Assembly: GCA_049314435.1 (NCBI GenBank)
Contig: JBMOFD010000010.1
Span: 1 to 36,109, forward strand
From: Chlamydiia bacterium
Lineage (GTDB): Bacteria; Chlamydiota; Chlamydiia; Chlamydiales; JBMOFD01
Reading direction: 5' to 3'
DNA: 36,109 bases
Shown: one piece after another, positions 26,555 through 35,846 of the stretch
Numbering within the stretch: position 1 is the stretch's first letter
Layout of the letters: each line of letters starts with the position of its first letter
Made by a program: the position numbers and the translations under genes
The notes under the pieces: generated by a model
Databases searched by the model: none
What the model saw: only the letters and a program-made list of their open reading frames with translations
What the model was told of the DNA's origin: nothing

Positions 26555-27382
26555 CTATTGCGTGGGCGCGGGGCAGAGCCTCGGGTCCTTGTAGTTCCAG
26601 AATGTAATCGTTCCTACAAGCGCCTTTGTGATGATGACGATGTCGTCGTTGTATTTGGCACTGCCTTCATAGTCTCCACCATAGGCGATGCTATATCCGT
26701 TCAGTGTGGAGTAGGGAGAGGCGGAACCGTCGCTCACCGGAGAGGGCAGATCGATGTCCTTCGACATCGTGGCCGAGGGTTTGATGAAGAGTAGTTCACC
26801 AGTGAGGGTGCCCTGGCAACCTGTGAACCGCATGGAACTTGCAGGGATCTGCAAGCCAGTGATGATGAGGTGGGGTATCACATACGTTGGTATATGGACC
26901 TTGGGGCTAGCTCGGACCAGCGTCCATCCAGAGCTGCGTCCTAACAGAGGTCCTCCTGCTGGAGATTTCCCATGACAGATGTTGGTAGCAGCTAACGTAT
27001 CGACATAGGGGGGCGTTCCAGTTAGGCTCAGCTTCAATCCATCTGGAGAGACACCAAAATAGATGCCTGTGACGGGTGACTGGCCAGGGGCCGGTGGCAT
27101 CGTAATGCCTGGGGTAGGGAGGGCTGGGGCGGTCACCGGAGCAATGGCCCACCAACCCGAGTGCATCGAACGCGTGGGGCATAGGTAGGCCTGAATGACG
27201 CAGCCGCCCTGGTAGTGGGCCTGGTCAGGATTTCCACTGGCCGGCGTTCCAGGTGTGGCTAGCACGCCACACAGCGCATTGGCTGCATAACCAGCGTGGC
27301 CGCAGAAGAGACCGAGACTAAGAATCCACAACGCCATACTCGGCACGCCCAGGTACTTGAGGACTCGGCATGAGAGATGCAT
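26555..27382 (-). CDS. Exported Pro/Cys-rich hypothetical protein (paralogue of 27414-28178)
   Basis: GAGGAG RBS; signal peptide ending AGYA; Cys pattern shared with its neighbour. Confidence 0.75.
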   Translation of the reverse strand: MHLSCRVLKYLGVPSMALWILSLGLFCGHAGYAANALCGVLATPGTPASGNPDQAHYQGGCVIQAYLCPTRSMHSGWWAIAPVTAPALPTPGITMPPAPGQSPVTGIYFGVSPDGLKLSLTGTPPYVDTLAATNICHGKSPAGGPLLGRSSGWTLVRASPKVHIPTYVIPHLIITGLQIPASSMRFTGCQGTLTGELLFIKPSATMSKDIDLPSPVSDGSASPYSTLNGYSIAYGGDYEGSAKYNDDIVIITKALVGTITFWNYKDPRLCPAPTQ

Positions 27383-27413
27383 GGGTAGTATTCTCCTCAG
27401 TATGTTCGTACTG

Positions 27414-28178
27414 CTACTGGTTGGGTTGCCCGTTGGTGGCAGTGGCGGGTGCTGGTTGGCAGGTGGGGTCTACGAATACAGTCCCGGCTGGCAGATTGAC
27501 CACGATATTGGCGATGGCAGCGAGGCCCACACGGTCGTTCGTGGGGAGCCCATGAGCCGCGCTGGTGTCGACGCTCGCCAACTGCACGCTCCCCTCTATG
27601 GGTCCATTCAGGGTGCCCATGCACTCCTGCCATGTCAGGGAATTGGCAGGAACTCCCTGCATGCCTACGGCGATGAGATGAAATACGGGGTCATTTGTTG
27701 GACTCACTGACCCAGAATATGTGGCGGTCGCAGAAGGTGCGCTCGGTGTCGTCTGCTGCACAGGTGTTGGGGGCCCCGCTGCTAGTAGGGCCACCCAATC
27801 ACCTGACGAAAGGCCACTGGCACACGCGTTACGTGCAGCCGAGGAAGCATCACTACTGTTGGCAGCGGATGCGTTGTAATGCCCTGCAAGCTCCAAGAAG
27901 CCAAAGCTGGAATTCATCTCAAAGAAAAGCTCGCGAAGCGTCGTCGCCGAAGAGGGAGAGGGGCTGGACATAGGGGCTGCGGGAGAGGTCCTTGCAAAGA
28001 CCCAAGAGGCCTTCGAACCATTCGGACATTGATAGGCGGGGATGGCACAGGCTGCATTATAGCTGCCGGACGGGTCTAGTGGGCTTGAGATGGCGGCGCA
28101 GATGGAGTGCTCCGCATAGCCTGTCGTAAAAAGAGAAGCTCCCAAGATCACAGCACACCATGTTGCATTGATTCTCAT
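27414..28178 (-). CDS. Exported Ser/Pro/Cys-rich hypothetical protein (paralogue of 26555-27382)
   Basis: Signal peptide MRINATWCAVILGASLFTTGYA; shared blocks C.I.AY.CP and HLI..G.Q..PA.S.....C.GTL.G. Confidence 0.75.
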   Translation of the reverse strand: MRINATWCAVILGASLFTTGYAEHSICAAISSPLDPSGSYNAACAIPAYQCPNGSKASWVFARTSPAAPMSSPSPSSATTLRELFFEMNSSFGFLELAGHYNASAANSSDASSAARNACASGLSSGDWVALLAAGPPTPVQQTTPSAPSATATYSGSVSPTNDPVFHLIAVGMQGVPANSLTWQECMGTLNGPIEGSVQLASVDTSAAHGLPTNDRVGLAAIANIVVNLPAGTVFVDPTCQPAPATATNGQPNQ

Positions 28179-28211
28179 AGAGTGATCCTGGTTACTGTTG
28201 TTCTGACGTCT

Positions 28212-28217
28212 ATTATA
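28212..28217 (-). promoter_or_regulatory. Candidate -10 box for the paralogue pair
   Basis: Perfect TATAAT 33 bp upstream of the ATG at 28178; -35 not convincing. Confidence 0.35.
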
Positions 28218-28277
28218 GCGTTCCTTCTACACACCAACTGCTTTTGCTTGAAGAGCCGGTAGATGTATGAGTTGACC

Positions 28278-29468
28278 CTAGGCTTGAACAGCTCGCCGAC
28301 GTTCCAAGAAGAAGCTCCTTACAAACCAGGCTGAGCCGAGGAGGGTGAAGGCGATCCCCGTCCAGAGAACGCTGCGACCTCCACAGAAGGCGAGGATCGA
28401 GCTGCCTAGAGCTGGGACCAGAAGTCCACGCAATCCGACCATCAGTTGACTCGATGCGGCATAGGGGACAGCGCTGTGACCCTCCGCGTAATGGATGGGC
28501 GAGTTGTGCCAGCTCAACTCACTGCCCGCCTGCATAAGCCCGTAGAACACATAGGCGATCCCCACCCAGAAAAGGGACTGCGAGCCCAGCAAGAGCAGAG
28601 GGAAGAGCGAGGCCAGAAGACTGATCATCGCATTCATGAGAGGGAGGGGGATTCTTCGATGGATCGCCACCCACCCTTGGGTGGAACTTAGAAATCCGAT
28701 CGCCTTACAGCCACTGACGGCCCAGCCCACCTGTGTGTAGGTCAGATGCCACTGGTCCATGAAGAGGCTAGGTAACATCGGCGCCAGAACCATCAGTCCC
28801 GATCCCGTGGCCATGAACCCCAATAGGTAGTACACAAACCGCCGATCGTGAGCGACGCCGCGCCACTCAGTGAACCAGCTGCGCAGGGAATGGGCACTGG
28901 GCGCTCGTGGGTGGGAGGGGAATAGCTTCCACTGCATCCAAGCGGCCAGTCCTGTGAGCAGAACGCCACAGAGCATCATGCCATCCCAAGACTCTGGATT
29001 GGCATCCAGGACCATACCAGCCAAAAGGGGTACAAGTGCGCTTAAGATGTGCCCTACAGCATTCTGACGGGATAGCAGGCGTAGCCGGTCGGTCTCATTG
29101 AGATCGCAACGGACGATCTCGGCAACGGAGACCTGGCGCCCGCGTAGGAAGATCAGATAGAAAGCCGCCCCAACAAGCCATGCTGCGATGCCTCCTACCA
29201 TAAGAGCGAGCAGAATGGCCAGCGAGGCACAGGCTGAGGCGCAGGCGGTGTTCAAGCGAAGATGATGAGCACTTTGAGCCCCAAAGGGTGGCCATAAGGG
29301 GGCCAGCAGGCCTGTCATAGGTCTGAGCGCCGTGAAGAGGGCCAGCTGGAATGGCGATGCTCCCATCGAATGAAAAAGCACAAAGGGGAGCATGCCATTG
29401 ACGAGTGCCCACAGCGGGGATTGGAGGATAAAGCTCCACCAGGCTGCTCGAACAGTCTCACGGCTCAT
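28278..29468 (-). CDS. MFS transporter
   Basis: About 400 aa with roughly 12 hydrophobic segments in two halves; ATG at 29468 overlaps the cdaR stop (ATGA). Confidence 0.85.
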   Translation of the reverse strand: MSRETVRAAWWSFILQSPLWALVNGMLPFVLFHSMGASPFQLALFTALRPMTGLLAPLWPPFGAQSAHHLRLNTACASACASLAILLALMVGGIAAWLVGAAFYLIFLRGRQVSVAEIVRCDLNETDRLRLLSRQNAVGHILSALVPLLAGMVLDANPESWDGMMLCGVLLTGLAAWMQWKLFPSHPRAPSAHSLRSWFTEWRGVAHDRRFVYYLLGFMATGSGLMVLAPMLPSLFMDQWHLTYTQVGWAVSGCKAIGFLSSTQGWVAIHRRIPLPLMNAMISLLASLFPLLLLGSQSLFWVGIAYVFYGLMQAGSELSWHNSPIHYAEGHSAVPYAASSQLMVGLRGLLVPALGSSILAFCGGRSVLWTGIAFTLLGSAWFVRSFFLERRRAVQA

Positions 29469-30688
29469 GGCGTCGCAGGACATGACGAGGCACAATCCAG
29501 AAGCTCAAACTGCAGGGCTTGCTGCTGGGGGCGAATGCGCAGCTTCAGGGGTTGATCTGGCTTGAGAAAGATCGCTAGCTTGCGCCAGTAGCTTCTAAAG
29601 CGAGATCGGATCGCCTCTTCACGCGGGGTCTGTGGCGTGTGGTCCGCCAACGTTCTATGAAGGAATTTGGTCTCCAGGGAACGAGGGTCGATGAGCTGCA
29701 CAGACCAGGGAAGGCCCTCGTCAGAGGGTAGGACCGTCACTAGCAACGTTAGATAGGGCCGTACGAGGTCGAGGAACATGCGGCTTACGCCCGACACATA
29801 GAGAGGCCTGTCCAGGGCTGGGACCCCGTGGAGGTCAACTAAGGGTGCCTCGATCTTAAGCGGCATACGCTGTGGGTTCATCTCCTCAATGGAGGGGAGG
29901 GGATAGAACATCGTGATCGGTAAGGGGCTCACCAGAGGAAGCAGCTGATGCTTCACAAAGAGGATGCGTGCCTGAGTGGCCTCGGGATCGTCAATCGGTA
30001 CAGGAGCGTTGGAAAAAGGAATATGGACCTTGAGCCAGCGCATAGGAATGGGCAGAGACAGCTCGTCCTTACCAGAGCCAATCTGCTGCTCCAGCCACTC
30101 TAGCTCATCGCGGCTGATCGTATTGAGGTCGATGCTGATGGCAAGACCTTGTGCCTTGATCCTCTTCACCTGGTCCTCAGGCCCGCTCACAGTCACGTAG
30201 AGCTTTCTAGGGTAGATATCGAGGAACTGATAGCCATAGGGAGCATCTCCACGCGGATCGGCAAAGAAGACCGGCACCCGTTCGCTAATCACTGGACTCA
30301 TCTTGACGATGACCTCACGGGGGCTGATCAGCTGTAGCCTGCGGCTGAGCATCAGGTCGGGCATTGAAGAGCGAATGTCTGCTGGAGCTAGCTGAGCAAC
30401 CCACTCAGTGGCTTTATCCGACGCATCGAGCACAACAGATAGATCTGAAGGGCGAAGCGACTCGATGAGATTTCTATCACCACTCACTTGCAGGGTGAGT
30501 GTGCGACCGAAGACGCCATCTTGCTGCACACCAGCAAAGGCAAAGCCTTGGGGGGCATTTACGAGGTGCACCGCTACAGGCCCTACTGTTTTAGAGAAGG
30601 AGAGAGAGTGACTCACAAGAGTCCAGATCAGGATGGCGGCCACAATGGAGATGAGGTGCCTAGGCCAGTTCTCAATCAGGATGCGCAT
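29465..30688 (-). CDS. cdaR: YbbR/CdaR-like diadenylate cyclase regulator (chlamydial type)
   Basis: ENW.R.LIS...AILIW N-terminal anchor followed by YbbR-like repeats (L.VSG...I..L.P.DL.VVLD; VTVSGP...V); near cdaA. Confidence 0.82.
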   Translation of the reverse strand: MRILIENWPRHLISIVAAILIWTLVSHSLSFSKTVGPVAVHLVNAPQGFAFAGVQQDGVFGRTLTLQVSGDRNLIESLRPSDLSVVLDASDKATEWVAQLAPADIRSSMPDLMLSRRLQLISPREVIVKMSPVISERVPVFFADPRGDAPYGYQFLDIYPRKLYVTVSGPEDQVKRIKAQGLAISIDLNTISRDELEWLEQQIGSGKDELSLPIPMRWLKVHIPFSNAPVPIDDPEATQARILFVKHQLLPLVSPLPITMFYPLPSIEEMNPQRMPLKIEAPLVDLHGVPALDRPLYVSGVSRMFLDLVRPYLTLLVTVLPSDEGLPWSVQLIDPRSLETKFLHRTLADHTPQTPREEAIRSRFRSYWRKLAIFLKPDQPLKLRIRPQQQALQFELLDCASSCPATP

Positions 30689-30971
30689 AATGTTGTCTCG
30701 CCTCTGCGTTGAGCGGTGAGGAATCAACCAAAACAACCCTGGGTTCCCTACCCAAAAGGTCAACGGGCTCAGTCCTCGAGGGGCTCAGAATCGAATCCTG
30801 GTAGCTTAGCATGCTCTCAGTGAAATGTCTTGGCCTAGACTCGACAAGCTCCATCTAGGCCTGACGAGTTGCCCAGTCGAATCCGCATGTGAAAATAGAC
30901 TAACTAGGTTGTTGTGTATCACATCGTTGGCTAAAATGTTTCTCTTTTTATAACAGTAAATCGATGAGGTC

Positions 30972-32471
30972 ATGATGAGCGTTTCCCTTGGACTTTCTTG
31001 GAGTGGAAGTGACAAATTCACCAAATTTGGCGGATGGGACATCGGTGTTGTGGATGTCAAGTTGCCGAACAGCAGTGTGGAAATCTCTGCCTCGATCGAC
31101 CTGCAAGGGTCTGAACCACAAGAAAAGCGCCTCACCTTCAAGGTACGACGTCCTGAGCCCAACAGCCTCTCTGGTCATATTGAGACCGCGCCGCTGGCAC
31201 TCAACTGCGCTCTAGATAAAGCTAAGTCGATGCAGCTCTCTGCCAGGATCTTCCAGATGTATGACAACCGGAGGGTTCTGACCATGCATCCTGACGGGAA
31301 GGTCACAGGGGAGCTTAGGGCACGTCGTGACACTCTCCCCGTCTTCTATAAACCGGAATCGGTCCTGAGCAGCCTTCGAGAAGGGAAGGCCTACATGGTG
31401 ACGATCACCAATCGTGACGACAGTCTTGAGGCGACCATTCGGGAAGTGACCACTGAGGCATTGACGCAGGCAGTGAGAAGGGAGAGCCACGTGGGCACAT
31501 CCTCCTTGAACCCCATGCAAGGATCACCGAGCTGGTCCCATATTGAGGGTTCTATGAGCGCCGCCATTCATCGGCGGCAGATGAGTCGGATGGTGGATCA
31601 GATGATGCCCGTGGTAGCGGCAGATATAGCTCCTCGGATCGGTCAGGTTCTATCCGGGATGCAGGGGAATGCTCAGGCGATGCCGAAGCGGACGGAAAGC
31701 GCATCGTCGTCCACCAGCTCAGCACCAGCAGAACTCCAGTTCATGCAGGAGTTTATGCCCGGTGTTGATCTGGCTCAGGAATTTGGGGTCAAACAGCAAT
31801 CGGATCGAGTCGCGCTCAAACGTGAGGTGAACCGTGCCATCGACGATTCACTCGCGAGCACGGCTCCCACGCTGTGGGCCATGTTTGGATTGAGAGATCC
31901 AGACGAATCGGCGAGTGACAGCTCGGAGAGTGACTCCGAAGATGATGGTGCGGGAATCAATGTCGGAGCCTCTAGTACGACCAGCACCTCGCAGCCTTCG
32001 GGTCGTGGAGAGGTGGACAGTGAGACGGTCAGACAACAGGGGCGGTCCTATATCCATGCCGGGCTCCGCAACTTAGGCAGAGCCTTTTCTATGGATTCAT
32101 CCGGTAGAATTGATGCAGCGCAGATGAACCAGTTTTCCTCCCTAGTCTCACAGGCTCTTCCTGGATTCGACGGGATGTGTGCTGCAGGAAGCCAGGTCGA
32201 TGCGGCGCTGGCCAACGAGACGATTCCCTCCTTAGAAGCTAAGCTTGCAGCTGCTAACAAGAGACTGGAACAGGCGCGTATCGACTTCAAGAGAGCAGCC
32301 GACTCTGGAGGTGACGACATCATGCAAGAGCTCCAAAAGAAACAACGGGTGATGGCTGAAGTCATGAGTCTTACAGCCACTCTAGAACGTAAACGAGGCG
32401 GTCCCAGCGCTTCAACTGGTGGTCGTCAGCCCAGTGCGGCTAACTTGGCCTCGCAATGTAAGATGCAATAG
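30972..32471 (+). CDS. Hypothetical 499-aa protein with Ser/acidic linkers, C-terminal coiled coil and CaaX-like end (CKMQ); putative effector
   Basis: GAGG RBS, AT-rich upstream region, long ORF opposite to the flanking genes, followed by a strong hairpin. Confidence 0.7.
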   Translation: MMSVSLGLSWSGSDKFTKFGGWDIGVVDVKLPNSSVEISASIDLQGSEPQEKRLTFKVRRPEPNSLSGHIETAPLALNCALDKAKSMQLSARIFQMYDNRRVLTMHPDGKVTGELRARRDTLPVFYKPESVLSSLREGKAYMVTITNRDDSLEATIREVTTEALTQAVRRESHVGTSSLNPMQGSPSWSHIEGSMSAAIHRRQMSRMVDQMMPVVAADIAPRIGQVLSGMQGNAQAMPKRTESASSSTSSAPAELQFMQEFMPGVDLAQEFGVKQQSDRVALKREVNRAIDDSLASTAPTLWAMFGLRDPDESASDSSESDSEDDGAGINVGASSTTSTSQPSGRGEVDSETVRQQGRSYIHAGLRNLGRAFSMDSSGRIDAAQMNQFSSLVSQALPGFDGMCAAGSQVDAALANETIPSLEAKLAAANKRLEQARIDFKRAADSGGDDIMQELQKKQRVMAEVMSLTATLERKRGGPSASTGGRQPSAANLASQCKMQ

Positions 32472-32487
32472 TCGGCATGTTCAACCA

Positions 32488-32523
32488 GCTCTAAGAGGCC
32501 ACTTTCAAGTGGCCTCTTAGAGC
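32488..32523. terminator. 17-bp perfect inverted repeat between convergent genes (probable bidirectional terminator, no U-tract)
   Basis: gctctaagaggccactt-tc-aagtggcctcttagagc. Confidence 0.65.
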
Positions 32524-32588
32524 GCGGTTGCGGTGGCAAGCGTGCCTGTGGAAAGTTCTCTTTGAACATTGTTCTATGGAGCTGCGGC

Positions 32589-33395
32589 TCAGCTATTGGT
32601 CGAGCGAGGGAAAAAGTCTCTCCAGGAACGGCCACTCAAAAGCCCCTTCTTAGCGGGCATGAAGAGGCTGCGTACGATACCCTTCAGACGGTCCGCTTTG
32701 ATGCCTCGTGTCATGATGCCCTCGCGGGCAATCGAGACCTTTCCCGTCTCTTCCGATACCACAATCACAAGAGCATCGGTCAGATGACTCATGCCCAAGG
32801 CTGCCCTGTGACGTGTGCCCATCCAGCGCGCCACCTGATTGCTGTCGTCGGCTAGCGGAAGGATCGCTGCGGCAGCGAGAATGGCCTGATTACGAACTAG
32901 TACAGCTCCGTCATGAAGAGGAGCTTTGCCTTCAAAAATGGTCTCCAGCAGCTCAGGGGAGAAGTGGGCGTTCAGGATCACAGCTTTTTGGGCGTACTCT
33001 TCTAGAGAGTCCTGATGCTCCAATACGATCAGGGCACCATTGCGGTTCTCCGCCATGTGGTACACCGCGTTGGTCAGATCCTCGAGGAATTTGTCGAACT
33101 CCGTACCCATGGGCGCTCGCCTTCCCTTCAAGGAGAGCTTACTCAGAGCAAGCCGTAGCTCAGGCTGGAAGAGGATCAAGATCGCAATCACCGCGACGTT
33201 GAAGAAGAGCAGAAGCAGTTTTTGTAGGACGGGCCAGTCGAAGAGGTTAGCGGCTCCGTACAGACATATGAGGACCACAAGACCCAAGAGGAGGTCCATG
33301 GCGCGTGTATTCCAGAGAAAGCTGAGTAGATAGTTCAGGATAACCGCAATCAGTGCGATCTCGACCAAGGGTGTAATGGTATCCCAGAAGGTCAT
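32589..33395 (-). CDS. cdaA: Diadenylate cyclase CdaA/DacA
   Basis: Three N-terminal TM helices, FQPELR.AL, GALIV, PLHDGA, GTRHRAA and VSEETG. Confidence 0.96.
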   Translation of the reverse strand: MTFWDTITPLVEIALIAVILNYLLSFLWNTRAMDLLLGLVVLICLYGAANLFDWPVLQKLLLLFFNVAVIAILILFQPELRLALSKLSLKGRRAPMGTEFDKFLEDLTNAVYHMAENRNGALIVLEHQDSLEEYAQKAVILNAHFSPELLETIFEGKAPLHDGAVLVRNQAILAAAAILPLADDSNQVARWMGTRHRAALGMSHLTDALVIVVSEETGKVSIAREGIMTRGIKADRLKGIVRSLFMPAKKGLLSGRSWRDFFPRSTNS

Positions 33396-33576
33396 TGGAC
33401 GGCCTATCTACAACTAGCCCACTAGGGGCATCCGCTAAAATACAAGAGACGATGAGCTCAGCGCTTACCTGCTTTGGGTGATATCGATGCCGCCTCGGCT
33501 CCATGGCCAAGTTCCGGCGCCCCCGACAACACGGTACTAGGTTCCCACCCCTATTGCAAGAACCACAGCGACATGA

Positions 33577-34464
33577 TCACAGAGGCGCGCTCGGTGTGCC
33601 AAGACCGGCATGTCCTTCCAGAGCTGCGACCATTTTAAAAGTCTCAACATGAGCCCGTACATCATGGACGCGCAAGATTGCAGGATGCCCGTGAGCGGTA
33701 CACCAGCCATGGACGGCGAGTGTGCCCACAAGCCGGTCCTCAACCTTGTTGTGCAGGATCTGTCCGATGAACGACTTCCGTGAAAGGCCCAACAGAATGG
33801 GTGCGCCAAGGGCTCTTAGCTCTTCTAAATGGGCTAACAGGTCGAGATTATGCTCAAGAGTCTTCCCGAAACCAATGCCAGGATCGACCACTATCCGTTG
33901 AGAAGGACAGCCCTCCTCCATGCATAGCTCCAGTCGCTGCTGCAGCCAGGAGATGACCTCTTCATGGCAAGAACGCATATAGGTGGGTTGAACCTGCATA
34001 TCCGCCGGTGTCGCTTGCATGTGCATGACACAGGCCCAGGCATGTGTCTCGGCAACTACCCGTCGCATGAGGGGATCGCTCAGGCCAGTGATGTCGTTGA
34101 TCATCTCGACACCCATGGCAAGGGCGCGGCGTGCGATCTCTGGTTTGTAGGTGTCCACTGAGATGGGGATAGGGCAATCACTTACCAGGGCTGCCAAGAC
34201 AGGTTCCAGACGCTGCCACTCGGAGTCTAAGTCTACAGGAGCAGAGCCGGGTCTCGACGATTCAGCACCCAAGTCCAAGAGATCGGAGCCGTCTTCGATG
34301 AGGCGATGAGCATGCGCGATGGCCAGAGCCGGATCGGCTCGCCCCCCATCAAAAAAGGAGTCGGGTGTGATGTTGACGATGCCCATGATCAGGGGTGTCC
34401 GACGCCGATGGTGGGCATCCCAGATCTCTTGGTCCAATGCGGATCGGAGAGTTGAGCGCATCAT
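33577..34464 (-). CDS. folP: Dihydropteroate synthase (monofunctional)
   Basis: MGIVNITPDSFFDGG, GAESSRPG, SVDT, IND, MHM, DPGIGFGK, SRKSF and RVHDV. Confidence 0.96.
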   Translation of the reverse strand: MMRSTLRSALDQEIWDAHHRRRTPLIMGIVNITPDSFFDGGRADPALAIAHAHRLIEDGSDLLDLGAESSRPGSAPVDLDSEWQRLEPVLAALVSDCPIPISVDTYKPEIARRALAMGVEMINDITGLSDPLMRRVVAETHAWACVMHMQATPADMQVQPTYMRSCHEEVISWLQQRLELCMEEGCPSQRIVVDPGIGFGKTLEHNLDLLAHLEELRALGAPILLGLSRKSFIGQILHNKVEDRLVGTLAVHGWCTAHGHPAILRVHDVRAHVETFKMVAALEGHAGLGTPSAPL

Positions 34465-35846
34465 AGAACTGACGCGACGGAAACCTCTCGCTTCAGCAAG
34501 GGGAGGAAGTCGCGCTCCTTATAGTTGGGCTTGCACATGCTGAGATGGTAGTCGTAGCCGTCGGCTCGAGCCAGCAGTGTGAAAGCTCGGTAAGAGATTC
34601 CTTGCACAAGGCCTTGCTTGGTCTGGATATTGAAGGAACCGCTCTTGCGGATGGCAACACGGCCCACATAGATTCCACGTTTCGTGCCAGAAGTGACCTC
34701 GGCTCGCACCCGATCTCCCGTCTGAAAGCCATGGACACGTTTGGGACAGTCCGAACGCTTCTTCTTAGCTTTATCTGGGCGTCGTCGTGGGAACCCATAG
34801 GCATCCATTCGGGTGCGTTGATAGGTGCCGCGCCCTGTAGCCTTGATATGTAGGATGGGAAGCGCAGGCACGTGAAGCCTTTCAAAGGGGCCCACGCAAG
34901 CAGCATCGAGGCAATGCAGCTTGGGTAAGCGATGCCGTTCGCGATTGTACTTCGTTTGACCCCCTGTGGCAGTTTGGACCGGCAACCCAAACTCCTTGAG
35001 ACGTCGTTCGAGAGCATGACGCGTCTGATTGACGGCTGCGGCATCTTTGAGGGGTGCCTTCGCTTGCCGGAGGATCTTCTGCAATCGTGCAGGATCGTCT
35101 GCCAAAAAGAGGTGAATATCCTGAGCACCCTTGTTCTGATTGCAGCAGGTGCAAGCCAGAGTCAGGTTGCTGACGCGGTCACTGCCGCCACGCGCTCTGG
35201 GAACGATGTGATCGATCTGTAGCGGGACATCGCAAGCGTCGCAATAGGCACACTTGCGCCCCCATTTCTCCAGGAGGTATTCACGCACCTCGTACCCCAG
35301 GAGAGTGCCCTGTTGATACTCTGTTCCTTGAATTTCTGGATTCTCGAGGGCTTGCATGTCAAAGCGCACCGCTTCCATCCACAGCTGGGTAATCGGTGCG
35401 CGCTTTTGCAGCCTTTGTACCCAAGAAGCCGTATTGTCTAAACGGCTGCGCAAGGAGGGTGGTAACCACCCTTCTGGTCGTGTACGGTTCTCAAACCGAG
35501 GCGCACGATAGCGCAGATTGGCGCTTCGGCGTCGGCGTCGGCGACTGGCACGACTCACCATGCATTTGTGTACAAGATTTCCCTTGTGGGTGATCTCGGC
35601 TAAGAACACAGCATGCTGCATACCAGGCTGCTGTTCGGATTCTCTGATGAGCGCTACCCCCGTGGTTTTAGAGCCTGGATCGAGTTTGAGGATCAGAGGT
35701 TGGACGGCTCCGTCTACGCGATCTCTCAGGCGAATCGTGTAGGGATTCAAGCTAACCACAACGGCACGGCCCTTAGTCAGGAAGTCACGTGCACGGGCTG
35801 GATGGGCAGGCATGATGGGCTTTCCGTGTTTGTCTTGGACAAACAC
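34461..35846 (-). CDS. iscB: IscB RNA-guided endonuclease (OMEGA; PLMP/RRXRR + split RuvC + HNH)
   Basis: VFVQDKHGKPIMP (PLMP), RuvC-I LDPGSKTTG, Arg-rich bridge helix RRRRRRSANLRYR.PRF.NR, RuvC-II E...FD, HNH CAYC..IDHIVP..SNL..C..CN and RuvC-III H.LDA. True start is probably GTG at 35846. Confidence 0.95.
   Translation of the reverse strand: MFVQDKHGKPIMPAHPARARDFLTKGRAVVVSLNPYTIRLRDRVDGAVQPLILKLDPGSKTTGVALIRESEQQPGMQHAVFLAEITHKGNLVHKCMVSRASRRRRRRSANLRYRAPRFENRTRPEGWLPPSLRSRLDNTASWVQRLQKRAPITQLWMEAVRFDMQALENPEIQGTEYQQGTLLGYEVREYLLEKWGRKCAYCDACDVPLQIDHIVPRARGGSDRVSNLTLACTCCNQNKGAQDIHLFLADDPARLQKILRQAKAPLKDAAAVNQTRHALERRLKEFGLPVQTATGGQTKYNRERHRLPKLHCLDAACVGPFERLHVPALPILHIKATGRGTYQRTRMDAYGFPRRRPDKAKKKRSDCPKRVHGFQTGDRVRAEVTSGTKRGIYVGRVAIRKSGSFNIQTKQGLVQGISYRAFTLLARADGYDYHLSMCKPNYKERDFLPLLKREVSVASVL
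34480..34503 (+). repeat. Subterminal imperfect palindrome of the IS200/IS605 element end, preceded by GAAA
   Basis: GAAA-cctctcgc-ttca-gcaagggg, starting 16 nt inside the predicted cleavage site TCAT (34461-34464). Confidence 0.7.

Noticed and set aside
30752..30763. ORF-track start MTFW upstream of cdaR mirrors the cdaA start MTFW
   Set aside because: Similarity is about 12 nt with one mismatch and does not extend; cdaR more plausibly starts at 30688.
32426..32635. Short ORF after cdaA containing MFKENFPQ, faintly like the CdaR N-terminus (ENWPR)
   Set aside because: No transmembrane segment follows and the match is too short to call a pseudogene remnant.
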